Shown here one piece after another: positions 21,561 to 30,671 of a DNA stretch of 47,580 nucleotides (the stretch's first letter is position 1; each line of letters begins with the position of its first letter). The notes under the pieces are model-generated. The model did not search any database. It was not told where the DNA came from and saw only the letters and a program-made list of their open reading frames with translations. The DNA is taken from assembly GCA_964355035.1 (NCBI GenBank), contig CAYHCU010000002.1, positions 1 to 47,580 of the forward strand. Reading direction: 5' to 3'. The position numbers and the translations under genes are program-made. The DNA comes from an uncultured Flavobacteriales bacterium. Its GTDB lineage: Bacteria; Bacteroidota; Bacteroidia; AKYH767-A; 2013-40CM-41-45.

Positions 21561-21942
21561 TTTTTCGGAATGCGGATTTCAGAATTGGAGGTTGGGGAGG
21601 ACTTAATTTAAAGGTGACGCTATATATTAAATAATGTAAGGCAGGACTAAAGTAAAATTGTGATAAACAATCAGTCGTACAAAGAGACCTACAAGTTCCT
21701 TAAAGGATGACGGATAGATGGTTTGAGAGGGGATGGGGGAACGTAAACCACTACAAGAAGCTTGCAGCATTTTCATCTTTCAATTAAAGTGTAGTCATTA
21801 ATAATATAGTTTCAACGAAAACATTTTGCAAATGCAGACAGCAATTTTCTGAAAGAATCTTGTAGGTTTTTTCTACTCAACCCTCCCTAAAAAGTAACGC
21901 AATTGTCATTCCGGAAGAACCTTGTAGGTTTCTAAGTACGAC
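21561..21942 (+). repeat. Intergenic element copy A: a periodic cggaWtt block abutting the stop codon, followed by a conserved core shared with 26687-26972. Possibly a structured RNA or a MITE.
   Basis: TTTTTCGGAATGCGGATTTCAGAATT starts 1 nt after the TGA stop. Three core boxes have close counterparts in copy B: AGTTCCTTAAAGGATGAC (21694-21711), GGGGGAACGTAAAC and CTACAAGAAGCTTGCAGCATT. A long-range inverted repeat joins 21674-21698 to 21917-21942. Confidence 0.6.
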
Positions 21943-22053
21943 AGCTAATAGATTTCAAATTTTTCTACTGTCAACTAATAGTCGAGAGAATTTCTACCCT
22001 GCCCAGAAGCCATCTTTAAATGAATGCGCCCTATTTTTTCACAGTTATCATAT

Positions 22054-22098
22054 AAAAAAAACAACGGCCTGACACTGCCAGGCCGTTGTGAGACGTTT
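22054..22098 (-). terminator. Rho-independent terminator for the T9SS cargo gene ending at 22120
   Basis: An 11-bp GC-rich stem (ACAACGGCCTG 22061-22071 pairs with CAGGCCGTTGT 22079-22089) with a 7-nt loop. An A8 run on the + strand gives a U-run after the hairpin on the - strand. Confidence 0.7.
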
Positions 22099-22119
22099 TT
22101 ATTTTGTACTTAGATTAAA

Positions 22120-23880
22120 TTATCTTGAAATAAAAACTCTTGATGAACTAGTTTTTTCACCATTTAGAATAGTAAGGAAATAAGCTCCTTTAGATATTGT
22201 TGAAACATCCATTGTATTAATTCCGCTTTGTAATGTTTGTGTTAATACTACTCGGCCGGTTACATCAACTAAAGAAGAGCTTCCGTTTTCAGAAGATTTG
22301 TTAATCAGAAAAGAAAGTTGAGTAGAAGCCGGGTTAGGATAAGCTGCAATAGCAAGACCTTTTTCAGCATCGTTGATACCAGAAGCAATGTAGACGAAAT
22401 CAGGGGAAACGCTGAAGCAACCGGAAGCAAAATAAACTACAACAGCATACGTACCGTCAGCAGTTGGAGTGTAAGTAGGTGCATTTGATCCCGGAATATA
22501 ACTTCCATTAAAATACCATTCATAAGAATTACCAATAATCGTTTCTAATACAAGTCCGTTTAATGTAATTGTTGCAGGAGTTCCTACTCCAACCGTAACT
22601 AGAACGGATGCGCTGGTAGCAGAACAACCATTCGCATCAGTAACCAGAACAGTATAAGGAGTTGTTACACTTGCAGTACAAGCGGGGTTTGCTAATGTTG
22701 CATCATTTAATCCTGTTGAAGGACTCCACAAGTATGAATAACCAGAAGTTCCACCGGAAGCAGTTGGTGTTCCTCCCAGATTAACAGCTCCTCCTCCGCA
22801 AATTGATTGAGCAGGACCGGAAGAAGCAACTAAAGCAGTAGGTTCGTTAACGGTGATAGACGCCGTAGCAATACAGCCCGTGTTATCAGTAGTTGTTACA
22901 ATATAGATTCCTGCAGTTAGATTAGAAGCGGCTGCCGCAGAGCCTCCTGAAGGGGACCATGAATAGTTGAATGGGTTGGCGCCACCGGATGGCGTTGCTA
23001 AAGCAGAACCATTATTACCTCCATTACAAGTAACACTTGTAGCGCTAGTGATTATTGAGTAAGTGCTTCCGCTAACCGACAATGTTGCAGCAGGACTGGC
23101 ACCACAAGCATTATTTGCTGTAACTGTAACATTTCCTGAAGCGATGCTAGAAGTTACATTGATTGAATTTGTTGTTGAAGTACCTGACCATCCTGAAGGA
23201 AGCGTCCATGTGTAAGTAGTTGCGCCGGCAACAGCGGCAACAGAGTAAGTTGTAGTTCCTCCGCTACACAGAGCAGTAGCACCTGCAATTGCTCCCGGTT
23301 GAACCGGAGTGATACAGCTTATTTCAGTAAGCAATTGAGAACCGGAATAGCAATAATCTCCGCCTTCGTTACCGTTTCCATTACAAGCGGCACCACAGAA
23401 ATAAAATGTAACATTTCCTGTACCTGCTGCAGGAGCGGTCCAACTGAAGTTAAAAACTTTCGAAGCTGAAGTTGCACCTCCGTCTAGAGTATGTACAATA
23501 TTTCTTCGTGACACACCACCTGCAGTTGCACTTTTAATTTGTGTTGACGCGGCATCAGTGATGTTAAGCGTACCTGCATTTTGATTTGCAGATGTTAAAG
23601 CCTCAATACCCACTCCAAAAAGTGTACTTGCTGAACGAGAAATTGTAACGCTCATAGCATAGGTTTGTCCTGGAGTATATTGAAAACCGGACATTGTTGG
23701 AGCCTGAATCGTTGCCGATCCGCCACCGCTGTTCAAAGCAAAGTCGCCATGGCAATCTGTGCAGAAAACCTCACTTGGCGATCCTGTTTTTGCTGCTTTT
23801 CCGTTGTCGCTCATTTGCTCGCTCGTGAAAACGGCGAATAAAATTATCGGAAGCGTTGATAGTAGTAGTTTCTTAATCAT
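22120..23880 (-). CDS. T9SS type A cargo protein with SprB-type and Ig-like repeats
   Basis: A signal peptide follows internal ATG 23880 (MIKKLLLSTLPIILFAVF). SprB-like repeat CNGGNNGSA...GGANPFNYSWSP. C-terminal sorting domain AAYPNPASTQLSF...GAYFLTI. The ORF-track start at 23979 is probably too long. Confidence 0.8.
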   Translation of the reverse strand: MIKKLLLSTLPIILFAVFTSEQMSDNGKAAKTGSPSEVFCTDCHGDFALNSGGGSATIQAPTMSGFQYTPGQTYAMSVTISRSASTLFGVGIEALTSANQNAGTLNITDAASTQIKSATAGGVSRRNIVHTLDGGATSASKVFNFSWTAPAAGTGNVTFYFCGAACNGNGNEGGDYCYSGSQLLTEISCITPVQPGAIAGATALCSGGTTTYSVAAVAGATTYTWTLPSGWSGTSTTNSINVTSSIASGNVTVTANNACGASPAATLSVSGSTYSIITSATSVTCNGGNNGSALATPSGGANPFNYSWSPSGGSAAAASNLTAGIYIVTTTDNTGCIATASITVNEPTALVASSGPAQSICGGGAVNLGGTPTASGGTSGYSYLWSPSTGLNDATLANPACTASVTTPYTVLVTDANGCSATSASVLVTVGVGTPATITLNGLVLETIIGNSYEWYFNGSYIPGSNAPTYTPTADGTYAVVVYFASGCFSVSPDFVYIASGINDAEKGLAIAAYPNPASTQLSFLINKSSENGSSSLVDVTGRVVLTQTLQSGINTMDVSTISKGAYFLTILNGEKTSSSRVFISR

Positions 23881-24182
23881 GTTATTATTTGTTTGTGTAT
23901 TGAATTTTAAATTGTTTAAGGGCTTAAATTTGTATGACTGATTTCCTAAATCCCTTTGTTTTCGGCACTTTTGGAGCATTTGTGCAAAAAAAGAAATAAA
24001 TCCTGTATCTAAAATGATAATCTTTAAATAGTAGCAATCTATTTCCTAAACTCATTTTCAATACAAAATCCGAAACGAAAACTTGGGAGGCAAAGGTTCG
24101 AGAGAAATTTCCTAAACAGGAATGATGATGGTCACAAAAGGGTAATTTCTGCGTTATATCAGTCGAGATTCGACCTTTTCGC

Positions 24183-24190
24183 TATATTTG
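24183..24190 (+). promoter_or_regulatory. Candidate -7 promoter box (TATATTTG)
   Basis: Exact TAnnTTTG match 16 nt upstream of ATG 24207. Confidence 0.4.
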
Positions 24191-24206
24191 TACAAACGAC
24201 AGTTCT

Positions 24207-26588
24207 ATGAAAAAAATATTTCCGCTGCTTATTCTTCTCCTGATCTCCGGGATTTCGTACTCTCAACAAGCAAAGTACCAAAAAGTGAAAATTTGGTTTG
24301 ACGGCAAAAATACTTCACAGTTAGCTAAGCTGGGTGTGGATCTTTTAGAAGGAGAATACAAAAAAGGGGTTTGGTTTATTTCCGATTTCAGCGGAAAAGA
24401 GGTGGAGTCAATACAGCAAGCAGGCTTTCGGGTCGAGGTGTTAATTCCTGACGTACAGAAATTTTATCGCGAGCGGGCACAACAGTTAAACTCTTCTCCG
24501 GAACGAATTAATTCGGTTGCTTGTGGTGCAACAACCTTAAGTTATGCAACGCCATCGCATTTTTACCTTGGAGGAATGGGAGGTTATTTTACCTACACTC
24601 AAATGTTGAACATTTTAGATTCAATGGCATTGCTGTATCCTTCATTAGTAACAATTAAGCAACAGATAGATCCAACAACATCTATAGAAGGCCGACCCAT
24701 CTATTATGTAAAAATTTCTGACAATGCAACAATCGATGAGCAGGAGCCGGAAGTACTGTATACTGCTGTTCATCATGCACGGGAACCGGAATCGTTGTCG
24801 CAATTAATTTATTACATGTGGTATTTATTGGAGAATTATTCAACAGATACTACTGTGCAGTCATTGGTAAATAATACCGAAATGTTTTTTGTTCCTTGTT
24901 TGAATCCTGATGGGTATATTTATAATCATACAACAGATCCCAATGGTGGTGGAATGTGGCGCAAGAACAGACGGGACAATTTAGACGGGCAATTTGGTGT
25001 TGATTTGAACAGGAACTATGATTATTTCTGGGGCTTTGATGACGTTGGATCGGCACCTAATACCGATGGTGAAACATACCGCGGCACTGCACCATTTTCT
25101 GAACCTGAAACACAAGCACTGAAAAACTTTGTGGAGGGACACAATTTTAAGGATGCGCTTAATTATCATACCTACGGGAATCATTTAGTGCAACCATGGG
25201 GATATATCGCTAATATATATCCGGTTGATTCAGCGCAATATTATCTCTACGGCAATTCAGTTGCAGCAGAAAATCATTATCATGTAGGTACACCCAATCA
25301 AACAGTAAACTATATTGTAAATGGTAGTTCAGACGACTGGATGTATGGAGAGCAATCATCAAAACCGAAAATTTTTGCATGGACACCTGAAGTTGGTTCG
25401 GGCTCTGATGGTTTTTGGCCGGCGCCGAATAGAATCATTCCGCTTGCAAATGAAAACATTTATGCCAATGAAATGCTAGCGAAAATAGCAATGAAATATG
25501 CGAAAGTAACTCACCATGAAAATTTAAACATTGGTCAGTTAAGCAATGAGTTTGTGTATGACTTTTCAGTATTAGGCTTCGACACAAGTGGAAGTTTTAC
25601 GGTACAGATTGCTCCGATATCATCAAACATACTTAGCGTTGGTACAGCAAATGTTTATTCAGGATTAACATCACTTCAAGTGATTAACGATTCAATTTCT
25701 TTTAGTCTGAGTCCAGCGATTGAGAATGGCGACTTAGTTGTTTATGTAGTTGAATGCGACAATGGATATTTTATTGAGCGAGATACAATAACACAAACGG
25801 TCGGTATTCCACAACCTATGATTGTAGATGACTGTTCGAATATCGGCTTATGGAGTTCCTTTACAGCTTGGTATACAACAACAGAAGCTTATGTTTCTGC
25901 ATCAACATCAATTACAGATTCTCCGTTTAATAATTATCAGAGTAACGACTTTAATGAATTGTATTTGGCAAACAACATAGATTTGACCGGTGTTATTAAT
26001 GCAACATTATCTTTTGATGCAAAATGGGAAACAGAAAAGGGATTTGATTATGTTCAGTTAGCGGCTTCATCTGACAATGGAAGCACGTGGACGAATTTAT
26101 GCGGAAGATATACGCAACCATCTACAGAGGTTGGTATTTTTGGAGAGCCGTCGTACGAAGGAAATCAACCAACGTGGGTAAGAGAGACGATAAGCTTAAA
26201 CGATTACATTGGGCAAAATATTAAATTACGTTTCAGACTAGTGAGTGACGGTTTTGTTGAATATGATGGATTTTATTTTGACGACATCACGATAGAAACC
26301 TTGAGTTCAAGTGTAGGGCTTTCATCTACACAAGCAAGCATCTTTATTTCACAAGCCTATCCGAATCCTGCAACAGAAAAGGCAACGGTAAATTATGGTC
26401 TTGCAAATAAAGGAGATCGTTTTGTTGTTTACAATACGTTTGGCCAGTTAGTCTTTGAAAAAGAAATAATTACTGCAAGCGGCACAATTGAAATTCCAAC
26501 ATCGCAAATGAGTAGCGGAATGTACACGTATTGCATACAGCAGGCTACGGGAAGCAGAAGTAAAGCGTTGCGGATATTAGTGAGATAA
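24207..26588 (+). CDS. M14-family zinc carboxypeptidase with T9SS type A sorting domain
   Basis: Signal peptide. M14 zinc ligand block HHAREPES (HxxE). Extra beta-rich C-terminal domains. Sorting domain AYPNPATEKATV...GMYTYCI. Confidence 0.87.
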   Translation: MKKIFPLLILLLISGISYSQQAKYQKVKIWFDGKNTSQLAKLGVDLLEGEYKKGVWFISDFSGKEVESIQQAGFRVEVLIPDVQKFYRERAQQLNSSPERINSVACGATTLSYATPSHFYLGGMGGYFTYTQMLNILDSMALLYPSLVTIKQQIDPTTSIEGRPIYYVKISDNATIDEQEPEVLYTAVHHAREPESLSQLIYYMWYLLENYSTDTTVQSLVNNTEMFFVPCLNPDGYIYNHTTDPNGGGMWRKNRRDNLDGQFGVDLNRNYDYFWGFDDVGSAPNTDGETYRGTAPFSEPETQALKNFVEGHNFKDALNYHTYGNHLVQPWGYIANIYPVDSAQYYLYGNSVAAENHYHVGTPNQTVNYIVNGSSDDWMYGEQSSKPKIFAWTPEVGSGSDGFWPAPNRIIPLANENIYANEMLAKIAMKYAKVTHHENLNIGQLSNEFVYDFSVLGFDTSGSFTVQIAPISSNILSVGTANVYSGLTSLQVINDSISFSLSPAIENGDLVVYVVECDNGYFIERDTITQTVGIPQPMIVDDCSNIGLWSSFTAWYTTTEAYVSASTSITDSPFNNYQSNDFNELYLANNIDLTGVINATLSFDAKWETEKGFDYVQLAASSDNGSTWTNLCGRYTQPSTEVGIFGEPSYEGNQPTWVRETISLNDYIGQNIKLRFRLVSDGFVEYDGFYFDDITIETLSSSVGLSSTQASIFISQAYPNPATEKATVNYGLANKGDRFVVYNTFGQLVFEKEIITASGTIEIPTSQMSSGMYTYCIQQATGSRSKALRILVR

Positions 26589-26590
26589 AG

Positions 26591-27054
26591 AATTTCGGAT
26601 TTCGGAATGCGGATTTCGGATTGGGCGGGTTACTAAGCAGTAATTGTTTCCAATGAAGCAGTCACTTTAATGGGTCACAATTAAAAGTTGGAGAGAGATT
26701 TAATTTACGAGAGCGGTCAAATATTTTTTATTCGGTTTATTCGGTATTAAAGGTGAATCCAAATTGGTTTCAGCGAACTGCCGTTTTTAGAAAACGACGA
26801 GTTCCTTACAGGATGACACAGTGATCGCATTATTGGGAGGAGGAGTAACGTAAGGCGACGAGATGCCTACTGCATTAGCTATGAACGTAAAATCGCCTTT
26901 TCCCTTTGATGCAAGTGAATAAATGTGTAGTAAATTCCTTAGGAATCTCGTAGCCTTACCTTTCTGTCCCCCTTTAATCCAAAATTAAATTACTAAGCAG
27001 AGATTGTTTCCAATAAAAGTAGCTCCTCTAATCCGAAATCCGGAATCCGCAATT
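26591..27054 (+). repeat. Intergenic element copy B: terminal inverted repeats, nested direct repeats and the conserved core. It fills the whole spacer between convergent genes.
   Basis: The left end AATTTCGGATTTCGGAATGCGGATTTCGGATT (26591-26622) is inverted at the right end as AATCCGAAATCCGGAATCCGCAATT (27030-27054). The direct repeat TTACTAAGCAG-N-ATTGTTTCCAAT occurs at 26630 and 26990. The core runs about 26687-26972. Confidence 0.65.
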
Positions 27055-27055
27055 C

Positions 27056-28024
27056 TTAATAAGCAATCTCCTCATCACTCAACTCATTCATACATTTAAA
27101 GTGACCTTTCGGGCATTTATCAAAACCGATTTTAGAGCAAGGGCGGCAGGAGAGGTTTTTCACTTCGAGCATTTTATTGTTTTCGGAAAATGATTTTGGG
27201 AAATATGGGTACATTCCGAATTCAGGAATAGTATTTCCCCAGACAGAAATTATTTTTTTTCTGAAAGCAGCAGCGATGTGCATTAAACCGGTGTCGTGAG
27301 TGATGACGTGATGTGAATGTTTTACGATGGCAGCAGATTGATTGAGTGAAAAATTTCCGCAGCCATCATAAACCGGGACATTGAAATAAGATAGTAATTC
27401 TTTGCTCCTTTCGGAATCTTCTTTTCCTCCAAGAAGCACAACCGGCAATTTAAACTTTCCCGAAATGGAAATCATTTTACTTAGCGGCAATTGTTTGGTG
27501 GCGTGTTTAGCACCGATTACCCAGGCAATATAATTTTGTTGAAAAGCGGAGGGAAGTTGACCAATAATTTTTTCGTCTTCGGAAGTGATAAAATAATCTA
27601 ATCCTTCACCGTCATTTTTTACACCGAAGGAAGATACAGTATCAAGGTAACGATCGACAATATGTTTATCCGGAAGCGATTTCGTTTTAAAATTAACAGT
27701 GAGCCATTTTTCAAGATTCAGTTTATTGAAGGAATGTGATGGAGCATTTATAGAGCGTTTTACTTTCCATGAACGGAAGTTATGGTGCAAATCGATAATG
27801 GCATCGTACTTTTCAATCTTTAAGAATTCAAGAACCTCAGATGCATTTTTTTCAAAAAGAAACGTTTTGTCGAGATAGGGATTATTTTTTGTTACGGAGC
27901 TAAAACTTTTTTTGGTGAGAAAATGAACCTCTGCATTCGGGACTTGGTTTTTCAGGCAGCGGATCACCGGTGATGTAAGAACGATATCACCGATAGAAGA
28001 GAAACGAAGCAAGAGAAATTTCAT
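27056..28024 (-). CDS. Glycosyltransferase family 9 (heptosyltransferase-like)
   Basis: N-terminal RFSSIGDIVLTSPVIRCLK and C-terminal HDTGLMHIAAA patterns typical of GT9. Confidence 0.85.
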   Translation of the reverse strand: MKFLLLRFSSIGDIVLTSPVIRCLKNQVPNAEVHFLTKKSFSSVTKNNPYLDKTFLFEKNASEVLEFLKIEKYDAIIDLHHNFRSWKVKRSINAPSHSFNKLNLEKWLTVNFKTKSLPDKHIVDRYLDTVSSFGVKNDGEGLDYFITSEDEKIIGQLPSAFQQNYIAWVIGAKHATKQLPLSKMISISGKFKLPVVLLGGKEDSERSKELLSYFNVPVYDGCGNFSLNQSAAIVKHSHHVITHDTGLMHIAAAFRKKIISVWGNTIPEFGMYPYFPKSFSENNKMLEVKNLSCRPCSKIGFDKCPKGHFKCMNELSDEEIAY

Positions 28025-28113
28025 CTGAAAGCAGGCTAATTAATTGTTACTTTTGAGCGCCACCGGCGCACAACTAATTCTGCAAAGATAACCTTACAGC
28101 GACAATAAAAAAG

Positions 28114-28881
28114 ATGATAATTACAGATACACATACACACCTTTATGCTGAAGAATTCGATGCTGACAGAGATTATTTGATAGAGCAGGCCGGAATTCTA
28201 GGGGTACAACGATTTTTCCTTCCTAATATTGACAGCTCTTCGATTGAGCCAATGTTGGAACTGGAAAAGCGCTATCCCGGGAAAGTCTTTGCAATGATGG
28301 GATTACATCCATGTCATGTGAAAGAGAATTGGAAAGCAGAATTAGCAATAGTTGAGAAATGGCTCAACGAAAGAAGCTTTGTTGCTGTTGGAGAGATTGG
28401 TATCGATCTGTATTGGGACAAAACATTTTTGGAAATACAAAAAGAAGCGTTTCAAATTCAAGTGAGAATGGCAAATGAACGAAAGTTGCCGATTATAATT
28501 CACACCCGCGATTCGTTTGATGTGACTTATGAGTTATTGAAAGAAACAAAGAAAGAAGAACCACAAGGAATTTTCCATTGCTTTTCCGGAACAGCAGAGC
28601 AAGCTCAAAAAGCAGTTGACCTGGGATTTATGTTAGGCATTGGCGGCGTAGTGACATTTAAAAACAGCGGCGTTGATAAAGCGATTGAAAAAATTCCATT
28701 AGAGCATATCGTATTAGAGACAGACTCACCTTATCTTGCGCCTGTTCCATACAGAGGGAAAAGAAACGATCCTGCATATATTTTGAAAGTTGCAGAGAAG
28801 CTTTCGGAGATTTATGGATGCTCTTTACAGGAAGTTGCCAATGTTACGACAGCGAATTCGAAGAGGGTGTTTGGGATTTGA
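28114..28881 (+). CDS. TatD-family metal-dependent hydrolase
   Basis: DTHTHL start motif and a collinear TatD layout (GEIGIDLYW, IIHTRDS, LETDSPYL). Confidence 0.9.
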   Translation: MIITDTHTHLYAEEFDADRDYLIEQAGILGVQRFFLPNIDSSSIEPMLELEKRYPGKVFAMMGLHPCHVKENWKAELAIVEKWLNERSFVAVGEIGIDLYWDKTFLEIQKEAFQIQVRMANERKLPIIIHTRDSFDVTYELLKETKKEEPQGIFHCFSGTAEQAQKAVDLGFMLGIGGVVTFKNSGVDKAIEKIPLEHIVLETDSPYLAPVPYRGKRNDPAYILKVAEKLSEIYGCSLQEVANVTTANSKRVFGI

Positions 28882-28971
28882 TTTTAATTCAAAAGGTAAA
28901 ATTCAAAAGTCAAAAAAACAAGCCATCAGTTAATTCACTAAGAGAGGTTTCATTTTGAACCTTTAAGGCTC

Positions 28972-28979
28972 TAATTTTG
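28972..28979 (+). promoter_or_regulatory. Candidate -7 promoter box (TAATTTTG)
   Basis: Exact TAnnTTTG match 17 nt upstream of ATG 28997. Confidence 0.4.
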
Positions 28980-28996
28980 AAATTTAAATAAAGAAA

Positions 28997-30019
28997 ATGA
29001 AAAAGAAAGTATTGATCATTTACACCGGCGGAACGATAGGGATGATTCGTGATCATAAGACGCGAGCGTTGACACCTTTTAATTTCCGTACGATTACCGA
29101 TCAGATTCCTGAATTGAAGCATCTGAATTGTCATATTGCTTTTTACGCATCACATAAAGCCATAGATTCCTCGGATGTGCAACCGAATTTTTGGGAAGAG
29201 TTGGCAACGATTATTGAAAAGAAATATCATCAGTACGATGGTTTTGTGATACTGCACGGAACAGATACTATGGCATATACAGCTTCCGCATTGAGTTATA
29301 TGCTGGAGAATTTGTCGAAACCTGTAATTCTAACCGGCTCGCAATTACCGTTAGGAGTGATTCGAACTGATGCAAAAAGAAATTTGATCACAGCGATAGA
29401 AATTGCGGCATCGAAAAAAGTTGTTCCGGAAGTGTGTGTTTATTTTAACAGTCAGTTATTCAGAGGAAACAGAACGGAGAAATTTACATCGAGCAAGTTT
29501 GATGCTTTTCATTCCTTGAATTTTCCTGTGCTTGCAGAAGCCGGAGTAGAAATGGTTTTTGATGAACGTGTAATTCTTCCAAAGCCAAAGAAGAAATTGA
29601 AAGTGAATCGCGGGTTTAACGATCATGTGTTGGTACTAAAATTATTCCCCGGACTTTCTCCTATAGTAATAGATGCATTGGCAGAAATAAAAAATTTGCG
29701 CGGAATAGTTTTGGAAACATTTGGCAGCGGCAATGCTCCATCAACAAAAAAGTTCTTAGCAAGCATCGAACGTTTAATTAAAAGCGGAATTGTTGTTTTG
29801 AATATTTCACAATGCAGTGGCGGTACGGTGAATCAGAGCAAGTATGAAACCGGTATCGGTTTGAAAAATATCGGTGTGATATCCGGTGGTGATATGACGA
29901 CAGAGGCAGCGATTACGAAGATGATGTTTTTGTTGAATAGATATACAAAGCAGAAAGATGTTAAGAAATATTTGATGATGAATTTAGCAGGGGAAAAAAA
30001 TCCTTTGCACGGCCCTTAA
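28997..30019 (+). CDS. ansA: Type I L-asparaginase
   Basis: Active-site blocks IIYTGGTIGM and HGTDTMAYTA, in a 340-aa protein. Confidence 0.9.
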   Translation: MKKKVLIIYTGGTIGMIRDHKTRALTPFNFRTITDQIPELKHLNCHIAFYASHKAIDSSDVQPNFWEELATIIEKKYHQYDGFVILHGTDTMAYTASALSYMLENLSKPVILTGSQLPLGVIRTDAKRNLITAIEIAASKKVVPEVCVYFNSQLFRGNRTEKFTSSKFDAFHSLNFPVLAEAGVEMVFDERVILPKPKKKLKVNRGFNDHVLVLKLFPGLSPIVIDALAEIKNLRGIVLETFGSGNAPSTKKFLASIERLIKSGIVVLNISQCSGGTVNQSKYETGIGLKNIGVISGGDMTTEAAITKMMFLLNRYTKQKDVKKYLMMNLAGEKNPLHGP

Positions 30020-30034
30020 GGGCCGCGCAAAGGA
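30001..30034. repeat. REP-type palindrome (copy 1), overlapping the ansA stop codon
   Basis: TCCTTTGCACGGCCCTTAAGGGCCGCGCAAAGGA is palindromic with one mismatch. The ansA TAA (30017-30019) lies in the central TTAA. Confidence 0.7.
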
Positions 30035-30173
30035 TTTTTATTATATGCAGTATAATTAAATAGTGAAGTTGTTTCAATTTGTTTTTCAGATTCAATTATA
30101 AAATATGTTTGCAGCAGAATGATTCATTATGATCATTCATAAATAATCGCAAACAAATTTTAACTAGAGTCGT

Positions 30174-30605
30174 ATGCCATATGTAAGAATTTGGGTTCAC
30201 GCCGTGTTCTCAACAAAAAATAGAAATCCCTTTTTAAAACAAAATATCCGGAAGAAAGTTTGGGATCATATCCGGTTGAATTGCAAAGAAAAAAATATTT
30301 ACCTGCAGAATATAAATGGATCAACAGATCATGCACATTGTTTGTTTCAACTAGGAAGAACACAGACATTGTCAGAGGTTATGAATCTTATTAAAGGGGA
30401 ATCATCGCAATGGATCAACAAAAATAAGTTAACGGAAGAACATTTTAGCTGGCAGACAGAATATTGGGCTGCGTCAATAAGTGATTCGGATATTAAGAGA
30501 GTGGAAGCTTATATCAATAATCAGGAAAAGCATCATGCAGATAAAGACTTTGAAGTAGAGTTGCGGGAATTGATAAGGGAGTTTGGATTTGAAAAATGCA
30601 TATAA
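30174..30605 (+). CDS. IS200/IS605-family Y1 (HUH) transposase, REP-associated (RAYT-like)
   Basis: HUH motif (STDHAHCLF) and catalytic Tyr region (WQTEYWAAS) in a 143-aa protein. It is flanked on both sides by the same palindrome family. An upstream hairpin reads GAATGAT-N8-ATCATTC. Confidence 0.85.
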   Translation: MPYVRIWVHAVFSTKNRNPFLKQNIRKKVWDHIRLNCKEKNIYLQNINGSTDHAHCLFQLGRTQTLSEVMNLIKGESSQWINKNKLTEEHFSWQTEYWAASISDSDIKRVEAYINNQEKHHADKDFEVELRELIREFGFEKCI

Positions 30606-30610
30606 AATAT

Positions 30611-30662
30611 TTTCATTTATTTTTTGCACGGCCCTTAAGGGCCGTGCAAAAAATAAATGAAA
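30611..30662. repeat. REP-type palindrome (copy 2): a perfect 52-nt palindrome that probably also acts as a bidirectional terminator
   Basis: TTTCATTTATTTTTTGCACGGCCCTTAAGGGCCGTGCAAAAAATAAATGAAA. I checked every position for complementarity around the centre at 30636/30637. It sits between the convergent RAYT and dusB stop codons. Confidence 0.85.
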
Positions 30663-30671
30663 ATATTTTAT

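Noticed and set aside
23881-23979. An N-terminal extension of the 22120 gene (MLQKCRKQRDLGNQ...).
   Set aside because: The internal ATG at 23880 is followed directly by a typical signal peptide. The extension is hydrophilic and unlike a secreted-protein N-terminus.
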